IMG/VR virus record: IMGVR_UViG_3300033121_001553
Span: 32,001 to 96,000 of that record
DNA length: 64,000 bases
Source of the DNA: a virus
Lineage: Duplodnaviria > Caudoviricetes
Reading direction: 5' to 3' (one strand)
Notes under the pieces: model-generated
Database searches by the model: none
Seen by the model: the letters and a program-made list of their open reading frames with translations, nothing else
What the model was told of the DNA's origin: nothing
Translations under genes and position numbers: made by a program
Part shown: positions 10,305-19,406 of the stretch, piece after piece
Position numbering within the stretch: the first letter of the stretch is position 1
Layout of the letters: each line of letters starts with the position of its first letter

Positions 10305-10492
10305 TTCTTGACACCGTAGTAAGTTCTACCAGCTGGTCTCTCGTGATGCAGTCTCATGTAACGCTTGTAAGGATGCTCAGCGTCTTCAGAGACCGTTCCT
10401 GTTAGCTTCTTTGATGTTTCATTCGCTATTGCAGCGTCAACAAATTTATCAAAGTAACCGCCTGTTTCATTATCTTCTTTTTCGTCGCTCAT
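10301..10492 (-). CDS. Small hypothetical protein
   Basis: 63-aa ORF, tightly packed with neighbours. Confidence 0.7.
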   Translation of the reverse strand: MSDEKEDNETGGYFDKFVDAAIANETSKKLTGTVSEDAEHPYKRYMRLHHERPAGRTYYGVKK

Positions 10493-10493
10493 A

Positions 10494-10907
10494 TCAACCT
10501 CTAAAACTAACTACAATCGTCGCGCCGTTATCGTCGATACTATGCAATGCAGCATCAATAGGTATACAGCTGTTACATTCGTAAATCACGCTATCTTCAT
10601 TGTACGCGAACAGCACGCTAAACATCTTACCGCTTAGAAATGATTTCACAATTTCAACAGCAGACTCAACACTGTTTATTCTGAAACTGAATTCTAGTTT
10701 CTTTGATGTATTTATCGAAGACGCGTCAAATGAGTCTACGCTTACAGTTACATCGATATCTTCGTTGCTAAATGAAAGAAACGGTCGAAACTTTGCTGTA
10801 ACGCTTAGCTTCGCCGTTTCACGATCAGAGTAGTCAGCTATCTGATCTGCTATTTCTTCTGATGCTAGATAGACTTCGTCTTCATTGTCTTTCGTCAACG
10901 ATCTCAT
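10494..10907 (-). CDS. Hypothetical protein
   Basis: ATG 10907 preferred; the track's TTG start at 10925 is followed by an in-frame TTA. Confidence 0.7.
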   Translation of the reverse strand: MRSLTKDNEDEVYLASEEIADQIADYSDRETAKLSVTAKFRPFLSFSNEDIDVTVSVDSFDASSINTSKKLEFSFRINSVESAVEIVKSFLSGKMFSVLFAYNEDSVIYECNSCIPIDAALHSIDDNGATIVVSFRG

Positions 10908-11232
10908 AAGCGTTGATTGTAACAATTTCTTTGTAAACTTTATCGATATAATTCGTTGCAGTCACAGTTGACTGTTCTGGCTTCGTTCCACTTGGCGCTG
11001 ATGTTCCGACTCTCACGAATACGCTTCTGCCTGCGTAAGTCACTTCTATGTCTGTTGCATCGCGTTGTTCAAATGTTAGCAGCGAAACAATAAATTCATT
11101 TCTTAGTTGAAGATCAGCGAAGTCGTATGTTCGATACATAATCGAATTGCTGACTTCCCACTTTTGCATTGCTGCAATTGGGAATTTCTTAACAGGATTT
11201 TTATTTACTTTTATCGCCGCTACGTTTATCAC
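10882..11232 (-). CDS. Pterin-4a-carbinolamine dehydratase (PCD)-like protein, degenerate
   Basis: KWEV....MYRTYDFAD....EFI pattern and length fit the PCD fold; the catalytic HHP is absent. Confidence 0.5.
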   Translation of the reverse strand: MINVAAIKVNKNPVKKFPIAAMQKWEVSNSIMYRTYDFADLQLRNEFIVSLLTFEQRDATDIEVTYAGRSVFVRVGTSAPSGTKPEQSTVTATNYIDKVYKEIVTINAYEIVDERQ

Positions 11233-11242
11233 AAAATTACCT

Positions 11243-11893
11243 TTATTTTTTCTTTGTGCCCATTGTCAGGTCACCAGGGCCAGTGCCCCAAGCACGTTTT
11301 CCACCAATCGCACCAGATCCGCCACCAAGCTTTAGATCACCAGAAGAAAAACCAGATCCGCCGCCGCCAGTTCCTGCGAATGGACTGCTACCGTGCGCTG
11401 ATGACATCGAACCTCTGAAGCCTTTCACATTTTCGCGTGCAACGAACTTGAATCCTATCTTAAGCAGTTCTGCTTTGATGTCTTTCGTCAATGTTGTTGA
11501 CGCTTTTTCGACATTACGTCCTGCTATAGCTGACTGGTAATTCCTTGCCAACGCTTGGAGCTCAGCAGCGCTGAACTCTTCTTCATCGTTATCAAGCTTG
11601 TAGTTGACAAAATTTTCGAAACTCTCAAATTCAGGCATCGCACGAAGTTCTTCGATCTCTTCATCGAATGCGTTGTCTTCAACTTTGCTGTAGTGCCCGT
11701 GGCTAGCACCGCGTTTGATGCTATGCTTACGCTCAAGCTTATCTTCATCATCTTCAAGGTACTTTAGATCTGTCGGTGTAAGATCTGTAAAACCAGGCGG
11801 TAGATCAAAAAATCCTTTTGGCTTTGGCGTTGCTTCTAGCACAAGAAGATGTTTTACATAGCTTTCGATAAGAAACTTGAAATTTGAATTCAT
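11243..11893 (-). CDS. Hypothetical protein with propeptide-like N-terminus and Gly-rich C-terminus
   Basis: C-terminal half of track ORF 11243..12724. Has its own ATG (MNSNFKFLIESYVKHLLVLE) after TATTTA and is separated from the nitrilase by four in-frame TTA codons. Confidence 0.75.
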   Translation of the reverse strand: MNSNFKFLIESYVKHLLVLEATPKPKGFFDLPPGFTDLTPTDLKYLEDDEDKLERKHSIKRGASHGHYSKVEDNAFDEEIEELRAMPEFESFENFVNYKLDNDEEEFSAAELQALARNYQSAIAGRNVEKASTTLTKDIKAELLKIGFKFVARENVKGFRGSMSSAHGSSPFAGTGGGGSGFSSGDLKLGGGSGAIGGKRAWGTGPGDLTMGTKKK

Positions 11894-11977
11894 AGCGCAT
11901 GCATAAATACACATCGCTAAGCAAGTTAATACTACGAATATCTCTAATCTAACTCCCCGTCTCAGATGAGGATTTAG

Positions 11978-12724
11978 TAAAACTTTAACAAGAAGTATCG
12001 ACTGTGATGAGTCTGACGTTGACTGAACATTTAGTCTTCTGTCAATAATCGTGCTGCTTCCAAAACAGTCTTCTCCTTCGTTAACGTTTCCTATTCTATT
12101 TGCAACGATAACAGCAGCGTCGAGTTCTTCTGCGAGTTGTATCCACTCATCTAGCGGACCAGCTGTTTTACCAGTTGCAGAACATGGTACGGCAACGATA
12201 TCAACAGAACCCTTCTTATAGAATTGAACATTTCGTTTGCCGTAGAACGGATGCGATTCACGGTAAAGATTTCTGCTATCACCAGAGATAAGCAAACCAA
12301 CTCGACCAAACGGCGTCATCGCAACTGGTGAAGGATCATCGCCAGGCATCGCCCAAACATGCTCATTACGATGAAGATTGTGTTTACGTGTTTTTGCTAC
12401 AATACTTCCCGCTGGATCAACGAGAGCTGCTGAGTCGTATATACCTCCCTCATTCAGCTCTACGTATCCAAACGCGATATAGCACGCGTTGTCTAGCGCA
12501 AGCTCAGATATGAACTGCAGCTCGCTGCTATCGCTCGTTTGCGCGTGTTCTATCGCTTCGTCTATGGTTGAGATCTTGCTACCGTTGAACGAACGTTCTG
12601 GCAAAACGATGAGCTTTGCGCCGCCAAGCGCAGCAGCACGAACCATCGCTGCGATCTTTTTCTTCATTTGATCTTGCGACTTCTCATCCCTATACTGCAG
12701 CGCAGCTACTTTCACAGAGCTCAT
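11978..12724 (-). CDS. Carbon-nitrogen hydrolase (nitrilase superfamily)
   Basis: KVAALQ, AKLIVLPE, RKHNL, GRVGLLISGD, VANRIG and FGSSTIID motifs. Domain ends ILLVKV, then TTA at 11978-11980. Confidence 0.85.
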
Positions 12725-12728
12725 CGTT

Positions 12729-13394
12729 TTATACTCCTATTTGTAATACAGCACCACGTGCAATGTCGCTCTTAAGTCTTGACATATCGCGTGGAGAAGC
12801 TGTGTATCCAAGCATATCAGCCTTCTTACGACCAATAGACTTTGCATCTTTTACTACCTGATCAGCAAGCTCTTCCCACGTTTCATCTTCGCTTGGGCCT
12901 TGGCGCATGTAGAAATCATTGAAGGCAGCTGATGTTGCCATAACTTCAGACTGATTTTCGATAAGAAAATTTATTTCATCGTCAGTTGGCGGATCTTCGC
13001 TTGACTTAAGCATCGACAGATAGTCAAAAAATGCTTCATCAAGTATGTCTTTGATCTTCTCGATATGCTCTTCTGTGATTCCAAGAAATACATACGGATT
13101 GTTAAGCTTCTCAAGCGTTACGAATTCGATCCTCTTAACGCCGCTAACTGTTAGGCCAAGCGCATCAGCAACGTCTTCAAGCTTTTTGCCGCCTTCAAGC
13201 GATCTGTAACGACGTCTCTCAGCGTCTTCCTGATCATCTTCAAGCTCATCTTCACGTGTCCAACGACCGCCTGGCGCGTATGTATCGTCGATCTCGTTTA
13301 GTCTCTGTGACTTTTTGTTTGCAGCTTCAGCAAGCTTTCTGCTGATTATCTTGCGTACTTGTGAACGAATGACTTTTTCTAGTTGCTTATCCAT
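12729..13394 (-). CDS. Propeptide-bearing protein with sigma-70 region-4-like HTH
   Basis: KKLEDVADALGLTVSGVKRIEFVTLEKL matches the region 4.2 HTH pattern; N-terminus MDKQLEKVIRSQVRKII..KLAE. Confidence 0.6.
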   Translation of the reverse strand: MDKQLEKVIRSQVRKIISRKLAEAANKKSQRLNEIDDTYAPGGRWTREDELEDDQEDAERRRYRSLEGGKKLEDVADALGLTVSGVKRIEFVTLEKLNNPYVFLGITEEHIEKIKDILDEAFFDYLSMLKSSEDPPTDDEINFLIENQSEVMATSAAFNDFYMRQGPSEDETWEELADQVVKDAKSIGRKKADMLGYTASPRDMSRLKSDIARGAVLQIGV

Positions 13395-13420
13395 TTTTGC
13401 TGTCCCCGCTTAAATAGCAT

Positions 13421-13717
13421 TAATTTTTCTTGAGTCGCTGTAACGTTTGGATTACCAAAACGCGCATCAGTCCAGCGTCTACCAAAATATAGCCCAAGCA
13501 GCGGTACAAAATACGCTGTTGCTGCTGTTGAATCGAATTGTCTTATGTTCACTGGACCGATTTTTTCAAATATGCTTAGCATGTAAGCAAGTGTTGTTAC
13601 CCAAAACGATATGGTTACAAACGTAACAGTGATGCTAGGGTATCCAGCGCTGTCTTTTATCCATAGCCAACTTGCTGCTGGCGTGATCTCTTTTGACTCA
13701 TTATTTTCGTTAGCCAT
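13421..13717 (-). CDS. Putative holin (small two-TM protein)
   Basis: Two hydrophobic segments; adjacent to spanin-like genes. Ends TQEK-TTA (the standard stop at 13379 overlaps the next gene). Confidence 0.5.
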
Positions 13718-13721
13718 AAGA

Positions 13722-14165
13722 CTATTTAGCTATCAGCGCTACTATCGCTGCACCAATACCAGCACCAACTGCGATTGCTGCTATGTGTGTTACGTAAAAA
13801 AGCGCAGATGGTTTCGACGCTTCAACAGCAAGTCTTTCGGCCGCAATAGCACGTTCTTCAGCTGCTGTTTTTGTCGCTGTCAAAATTCGTACTTCACGTT
13901 CGTGTTCTGCGTCTCGCTGCATGAAATTTTTCTCATATTCAAGCTGCAGACGTTTACGTTCTTGTTCTAGCGCAAGCTGCATTTTATTCTGCTGGTACGT
14001 TGCGTCAGCTATCATTGTCGCTGCGGCGGCTTGATTCAGCAATGTGCCTGGCCACGGCGCAGTATCTCCCTGTTTCAAGTACGTTACTGCTGGTTTGTCC
14101 TGCGCATAAGATACTGACGTTATAAACAACGTTCCTATAACTGTAACAGTCCAAAGCTTTTTCAT
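13722..14165 (-). CDS. Secreted coiled-coil protein with C-terminal TM (spanin-like partner)
   Basis: Signal peptide MKK-hydrophobic-SYA/QD, coiled coil, C-terminal hydrophobic GxxxG helix; ends TAG. Confidence 0.5.
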   Translation of the reverse strand: MKKLWTVTVIGTLFITSVSYAQDKPAVTYLKQGDTAPWPGTLLNQAAAATMIADATYQQNKMQLALEQERKRLQLEYEKNFMQRDAEHEREVRILTATKTAAEERAIAAERLAVEASKPSALFYVTHIAAIAVGAGIGAAIVALIAK

Positions 14166-14551
14166 CTTTTCGCCTCAAAGTCAGCGCCAATAACATCAGC
14201 AAGCTTACGTGCAAGCTCTTCTGGTGAGTCATTTGACTCTTTTATGATTTTTTCAATCTCATCGCGCTTTCGTTTCTCTAGTTCATCAAGCGAAATCTTA
14301 TACTGCTGCTCAAGCTGCGCAAGCTTATCTTGATACTCTCGTTCTGCCGTCTCTCGCTTTCGTTGTTCTTCTTCATACGCTCGTTTTGTCTCGTCTATCT
14401 CGCGTTGACGTATCTTTCTTTCTTCGCTAAGAAGTTCTATCTGCTGAGACAACGAATGTTGACGACCAAAAAATACCCATGCGATAACTGCACCGATGAT
14501 CGCAAATCCCCAACCGATCCATGCAAATGCTTTTTTAATTTTTTCGATCAT
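14162..14551 (-). CDS. Putative i-spanin-like protein (N-terminal TM plus coiled coil)
   Basis: AWIGWGFAIIGAVIAWVFFG followed by a long E/K/R/Q coiled coil. Confidence 0.55.
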   Translation of the reverse strand: MIEKIKKAFAWIGWGFAIIGAVIAWVFFGRQHSLSQQIELLSEERKIRQREIDETKRAYEEEQRKRETAEREYQDKLAQLEQQYKISLDELEKRKRDEIEKIIKESNDSPEELARKLADVIGADFEAKR

Positions 14552-14745
14552 AACTTTCTTCTGTTATCCAACGAATTTGATATTCTTGTAAGTTTTCTAT
14601 TGACATCATCGATGCCAGACAGCACTGACTGCTGACGCAAAGAAACGTCTGCAAGACCAGCCCACAGACGTTTTATCTCATCAGAGTCTTGTATCGATTC
14701 TGTAACAAGACGCGCTATTATTTTCTTTATGTAAGCTCTTATCAT
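14551..14745 (-). CDS. Small hypothetical protein with propeptide-like N-terminus
   Basis: MIRAYIKKIIARLVTE; ends RRK-TTA overlapping the next ATG (TTATGA). Confidence 0.6.
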
Positions 14746-15106
14746 CAGACAAGATTTTCTCATAAATCTCGTCGATGTTTATGCCATTTTCATTTTTTTC
14801 TACTTGTTTTTCTTTGCGCTGCTCAGACACAGTCATTTGATCAAGAATACGTTGCGCTTCTATTTCTTGAAATGATTTTTCACCTCTGTGTATAAGCGAA
14901 ACCGCTGCTTCATCACCAGAACAAAATTTATCGATGAATACAGCAACAATTTTTTCTAGACTCATACGATGCAACTTGGCTGCATCTCTCCCGCGACACA
15001 AAAGATCTGTTGGCACAAATATTGTTGTGTCGCCTGCATCAACATGTTTTAGATAAAGATTTGACCATATTCTATTTTTGAGCTTCATTCTATTTTTGAG
15101 CTTCAA
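14732..15106 (-). CDS. Hypothetical protein
   Basis: Start TTG 15106 or ATG 15088. Ends ILSDDKS-TTA at 14732-14734 (the standard stop at 14681 gives a 65-nt overlap). Confidence 0.7.
15070..15105. repeat. Perfect 18-bp tandem duplication
   Basis: ttctatttttgagcttca twice (15070-15087, 15088-15105), encoding KLKNR twice. Confidence 0.95.
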
Positions 15107-15666
15107 GCTTCTCCAGACTCGCCCGCTCTATCTGCATTCGGTGCTGTGAACGAAGCATCGCGTTCAGCGCGCGAAACACCGATCTTGTACCCATGATTCT
15201 TCATTGTCGCTTGAAAAGAATCGCGTATTTCAGCGCTGTAATTTTCAAGTCGCTTCAGCGCTCTTCTGTGAAGCGTGTTTCTGTACTCAAGCAGACCTTC
15301 GTGATTCTCTATGAGACGTATAACATCACTTGCGAATGACTCAACATCGAACGTCTGTTCAGAGTCGTCTCCATCTTCAGTGAGCGCATTCGTTTCAGCT
15401 TTTGTAAAGTACGAGTCAACTTGCGAGTCAAGCGAGTCACCTGGTGATGAAGACTTTTTTTCTTTTTTCTTATCATCTTCTTTATCACCATCATCTTCTG
15501 ATTTTTCTGTACCATCTGTAGGTGGCTTCGGAGGTTCACCAGCTGGTGGAGCAGCGCCTCCTGTTGGCTGCGAAGGAGCACCAAGCCCAGCAAGCGGGTC
15601 TTGATCTGCTTCAGCAAGCAGAGAGAGCACGATTCTTCTGCGTAGTTCGCTTAGTCGCATCTTCAT
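15103..15666 (-). CDS. Hypothetical protein with propeptide-like N-terminus
   Basis: MKMRLSELRRRIVLSLLAE, then a Pro/Gly/acidic low-complexity linker. Confidence 0.8.
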   Translation of the reverse strand: MKMRLSELRRRIVLSLLAEADQDPLAGLGAPSQPTGGAAPPAGEPPKPPTDGTEKSEDDGDKEDDKKKEKKSSSPGDSLDSQVDSYFTKAETNALTEDGDDSEQTFDVESFASDVIRLIENHEGLLEYRNTLHRRALKRLENYSAEIRDSFQATMKNHGYKIGVSRAERDASFTAPNADRAGESGEA

Positions 15667-16364
15667 CGCATTACCCTCGCGATCGTCTCAGTGCGTTCAA
15701 ATCGTGATTCGATCACTTTCCAGTTTAGCTCTTTCATTTGAGCAACTACGTAAGACTTTTTATCGTCTAGGTAGTCTTTGTAGTAAGCATGCGACCACAT
15801 ATCGATAACAACAACTGGTATAAGCCCTACCATAACACCGTACGAATGCTCGTCAATTATCACGTTGACGTAACGTTTCAACGGTACGCTGTATCCAGTT
15901 ACGACCCAACCTTCTCTTGCTGATAGGGCACACGCTAGAAGATCAGCTTGCCACTTTGAAAAGTCACCGAAGTCTCTCTCGAGCCTCATGTACGCTTTCG
16001 TATCAACGTGTATTTCGCTACGTGGATCGAAGCAATTTTCAAAGTAAAGTTCATGAAGGTAGACTGCATTCGCATTGCGCGCTTCATCTAGCTTCAAAGA
16101 ACGAAAGTCGTATCTATTCGGGTTAGCTTCTACTTTCGTTGCTGTATCCAGCTCAGCAGACGTTTTGTTAAGCGCGTCTATGTACCCTTTGTACAGTCGC
16201 GTATGCGCATCCTTCGTTTTCTGCGAAACGAATTCTGTTGTCTGCTTAAACGTTTGTTGCTGCAAAGCGTAGGCTTCCGTCGTTACAGCTTCTTTCGACG
16301 CTTCACCTTTCGCTGCAGCAATAATGTTAATTATTTTGCGTTGCGCAGATTCACTAAGTTTCAT
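15663..16364 (-). CDS. sod: Fe/Mn superoxide dismutase family protein with N-terminal extension
   Basis: HTRLYKGYIDALN, LHELYFEN, GWVV and DMWSHAYYKDY carry the H/H/D/H metal ligands. Start moved to ATG 16364 after TATTTA. Confidence 0.85.
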   Translation of the reverse strand: MKLSESAQRKIINIIAAAKGEASKEAVTTEAYALQQQTFKQTTEFVSQKTKDAHTRLYKGYIDALNKTSAELDTATKVEANPNRYDFRSLKLDEARNANAVYLHELYFENCFDPRSEIHVDTKAYMRLERDFGDFSKWQADLLACALSAREGWVVTGYSVPLKRYVNVIIDEHSYGVMVGLIPVVVIDMWSHAYYKDYLDDKKSYVVAQMKELNWKVIESRFERTETIARVMR

Positions 16365-16380
16365 ATCGTATCTAAATACA

Positions 16381-16938
16381 TCAGAGCCTAACCTTTGGAT
16401 GACATTTATAGCAGCGCGACTCGTAAATGTCGAGCCCACCAACTTTGATGTCTTCGTTATCATCAAGCTTCTTATACGTGTAGTGCGCTTCATCTCCGCA
16501 AGATACGCAGACAGCTGTACACTTAACAACTTCTGTTGCCCACTGATACAATGAAGTTATTCTTTGAAACTGCTTACAACTAGCTGTCATGTCCAACGAA
16601 GCTACAGAGATAGATACGCCTGTTCTATAAAGCGATACAAGCGCTTCTCCAATATCTTCAATCATAAACGCTTCATCAACAGCAATATGCTGAGGTACAG
16701 ACGTTTCATTTATGATTGAATGCAAAATATCGTTACCACTTGTAACTGGTGTAGCAAGCAGTCGCTTTCCGTCATGTGTTACAATCTCATGTACGTTGCT
16801 GTACCTATCGTCGATCTTTGGCTTGAAGAGCATCACACGCTTTTTTGCTATAACACTTCTTTTTGCGTCTTCAAGCAAGCGTGTCGTTTTTCCGCTTGCC
16901 ATTGGACCAACATAAAGCTTGAAAAACGGTCTAATCAT
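16381..16938 (-). CDS. tdk: Thymidine kinase
   Basis: GPMASGKTT, FKPKIDDRY, VDEA, KCTAVC..CG and VGG..YESRC..C motifs; ATG 16938. Confidence 0.93.
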   Translation of the reverse strand: MIRPFFKLYVGPMASGKTTRLLEDAKRSVIAKKRVMLFKPKIDDRYSNVHEIVTHDGKRLLATPVTSGNDILHSIINETSVPQHIAVDEAFMIEDIGEALVSLYRTGVSISVASLDMTASCKQFQRITSLYQWATEVVKCTAVCVSCGDEAHYTYKKLDDNEDIKVGGLDIYESRCYKCHPKVRL

Positions 16939-16942
16939 TATT

Positions 16943-17914
16943 TCACTCCAAGAAGTATTCCCATGCATTATCATAATGAGACGATGAAGTAAGTTCACGT
17001 TTAATATCAGTGTACGCATCGATTTCTTTTGCATGACGCAGTACGAGCTGAACTGCGAAGTTGTAACAACACGTATTTTCCCATCGCTTCGCGAACTTCA
17101 TCATACGTTCACGTCCCGCGAATACCAAATTCGATGCATCAATAAAAAATTCGTTCCACAACGTTCTACCAGAACCGAGATTAAGATCTTTCATCGAACG
17201 CATTGGAAAATTCAACGGCGGAAATTCTTCTGCAATACGAGCTAGCATACCGTAGTGTTTCTCGTAAACATGCAAGCTATCGCTAATGTGGTAATACTGT
17301 CCAACACCAACATTAAGCTCGTTTGCCATTGCTTCTTGAAACAGAGTAAACGCTGGCACATCGTAGACAAGTCCAAGAATAATATCAGACGATCTCATGT
17401 GCACCATCAAGTCAAGCGCACCGTTTCTTATCATGAAGTGCAAACTAAGCGTGCAAGGAACATCTTTCGACTCGACGAGAGAATCATTCATTGTACGAAT
17501 ATGAATAACAGCTCGTCTGCTGTCTGGATCCTTCATCAGTTCTTCAACAACGTACTTCCACTGATCTACACCAGCTTTAAGCGAAGGATGAATACCGTAT
17601 ATTCTTGCACCGTAAGCCGACTCTGCGATATCGTTGCCATTCGAGATGCCAGACCAGAACTTCGCGTAGTCGCTTATCCACTTAGTTGAATAGCATCCAG
17701 CGGCGTACCAAGTAAATTCTGCCGCCAAGTAAGAAGGCGATAGATTTCTTGACTTGAAACGTGGCAGTCTATCAAGCGGATTTTCAATACAGAACGATTT
17801 GAAAATCAACTCTTTCGTTTTCTGCCCTCTTGGACATGTTTCTGCACCGTCACGTAGCAACTCATTTGCAAGTGCACCGTATGCTGCTGTAAAACTATTA
17901 TACGTTTTCATCAA
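16943..17914 (-). CDS. Thymidylate-synthase-fold enzyme, probably dCMP hydroxymethylase/modifier
   Basis: YGAR, DPDSRRAVI, PC, MRSSDIILGLVYD and SLHVY motifs; Asp at the position of E. coli ThyA Asn177. Confidence 0.8.
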   Translation of the reverse strand: MMKTYNSFTAAYGALANELLRDGAETCPRGQKTKELIFKSFCIENPLDRLPRFKSRNLSPSYLAAEFTWYAAGCYSTKWISDYAKFWSGISNGNDIAESAYGARIYGIHPSLKAGVDQWKYVVEELMKDPDSRRAVIHIRTMNDSLVESKDVPCTLSLHFMIRNGALDLMVHMRSSDIILGLVYDVPAFTLFQEAMANELNVGVGQYYHISDSLHVYEKHYGMLARIAEEFPPLNFPMRSMKDLNLGSGRTLWNEFFIDASNLVFAGRERMMKFAKRWENTCCYNFAVQLVLRHAKEIDAYTDIKRELTSSSHYDNAWEYFLE

Positions 17915-18870
17915 AACAGCTCCGACTTCATTGCCCAGTCATACGTAAGTTTCAAGCCATCCTTCAACGCTACTGTCGGCTTATAACCGATCAGTTTGAT
18001 CTTATCGATAGAAGCGCATGTACGTTCAACATCGCCAGGACGTTTTGGCGCAACGTGCATCTTTACGTTGCTGCGAAGTGCGCAAAGTTCGGTCATAATT
18101 TCGTTATTCGAAACATCTGTCCCAGTTCCGACATTGTAGTTCTCAGCTATCGGAGACCACGCATGTGATCTTGCTGTTAGCAGTCTTTTGATCGCTATAG
18201 CATTAGCTTGTACAACGTCTTCAACGAAAACCATATCTCGTCTTTGCTCTCCCGTACCGTCCATTCTGCACGACTGATCTCTCTTCACTCTATGAAGCCA
18301 TGAAGATATCGCTGTCGAGTACGCTGAGTTGCCTAGCTGATTTGGTCCATAAACGTTAAAATATCGCAATGAAATTGAATAAAGCCCGTAAAGTCGTGAA
18401 TACAGCTCAAGGTACTGTTCGCAAACGTACTTATGAAGCCCGTACGGGCTATTTTGTAGCTTATGACAGTCTTCTTGCGTTGGAATCTGCAACGCATCAC
18501 CATAAACTGCGCTTGAGCTTGCAAAAACAACAGGAGTTTTGCTTTTTGCAGCTGCGTGAAATAGAATCAAAGACTTATTAACGTTTTCTTCGTGCGACTC
18601 ATATGGATGCTGAACGCTGTACTCAACACGCGGTACTGCAGCTTGATGACAGATCAACGCATATTTTGAGTTCTCAACGTCTTGCACAACCGATGTATCA
18701 GAAAAGTCAGCAACTCGTACATCAGAATTTACAGGTATGAATTCTCTCACACCAGCAGAAAGATTATCTACTACAGTGATATCGTATTCGCTGCTTAGCT
18801 TGTTGTAAATGTTGCTACCGATAAACCCGCAGCCGCCAGTTAGAAGTATTTTCTTTTTCATTGTTTTCAT
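17911..18870 (-). CDS. NAD-dependent NDP-sugar epimerase/dehydratase
   Basis: TGGCGFIG, ASSSAVYG, YGLHK, LRYFNVYGP and RPGDV motifs. Confidence 0.92.
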   Translation of the reverse strand: MKTMKKKILLTGGCGFIGSNIYNKLSSEYDITVVDNLSAGVREFIPVNSDVRVADFSDTSVVQDVENSKYALICHQAAVPRVEYSVQHPYESHEENVNKSLILFHAAAKSKTPVVFASSSAVYGDALQIPTQEDCHKLQNSPYGLHKYVCEQYLELYSRLYGLYSISLRYFNVYGPNQLGNSAYSTAISSWLHRVKRDQSCRMDGTGEQRRDMVFVEDVVQANAIAIKRLLTARSHAWSPIAENYNVGTGTDVSNNEIMTELCALRSNVKMHVAPKRPGDVERTCASIDKIKLIGYKPTVALKDGLKLTYDWAMKSELF

Positions 18871-19406
18871 TCGAATATATCAGGGAACTGAGTTCTTATT
18901 TGTGATATCTCGTTTCTAAGATTTTCATCGTCTACATTTACGAATGCTACTTTGCATTTCGTGAAATGCTTAGCAAAGTATTCGTATGCATCATCGATAT
19001 TACGCATAACGTACTCGTCGATCACATCGAACTGATCGTCTGACATACCGATGTAAGACGATCTCTTGCATATGATGATGCGTGCATCAAGCTGAGCGTA
19101 GACTTCATCTACTCTGCGAAGTAGCTCTATATCTGTGTTACGACTAAACACTGAAGAGTACGCATATTCGGACGGGTAACATCTATCCATTATAACAGAT
19201 GCACGTGTTTGTACGAGATAGCTTGCGAAGTATGGTTCAACGAATTTTGTTGAAGTCGCAAAGTCAGTTCCACCCATATTTCTAAAGTGGATTTTTTCTG
19301 CTTCATTCTTGAAGTACGGTACACCAGTTATTCGTGATAGTTCCTTTGAGATCTCTGTTTTGCCACATCGATCTGGGCCTTCGAATAGAATAACTTTTTG
19401 TTTCAT
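18867..19406 (-). CDS. Deoxynucleoside monophosphate kinase (thymidylate-kinase-like)
   Basis: EGPDRCGKT P-loop and MDRCYPSEYAY motif. Confidence 0.85.
   Translation of the reverse strand: MKQKVILFEGPDRCGKTEISKELSRITGVPYFKNEAEKIHFRNMGGTDFATSTKFVEPYFASYLVQTRASVIMDRCYPSEYAYSSVFSRNTDIELLRRVDEVYAQLDARIIICKRSSYIGMSDDQFDVIDEYVMRNIDDAYEYFAKHFTKCKVAFVNVDDENLRNEISQIRTQFPDIFE

Noticed and set aside
11243-12724. Novel nitrilase-virion protein fusion (and phosphoesterase-zinc finger fusion at 27267..28526)
   Set aside because: The linkers contain in-frame TTA and internal starts; two genes each is the better explanation.
15663-16529. Long N-terminal extensions in the ORF track (SOD, tdk 17034, exonuclease 37630, dut 38293, 7577)
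   Set aside because: They overlap upstream genes or intergenic hairpins, and several contain in-frame TTA. Internal ATGs match the family N-termini.
16943-17914. Annotation as ordinary thyA
   Set aside because: Asp at the specificity position, the sugar-gene context and a separate thyX argue for cytosine modification.
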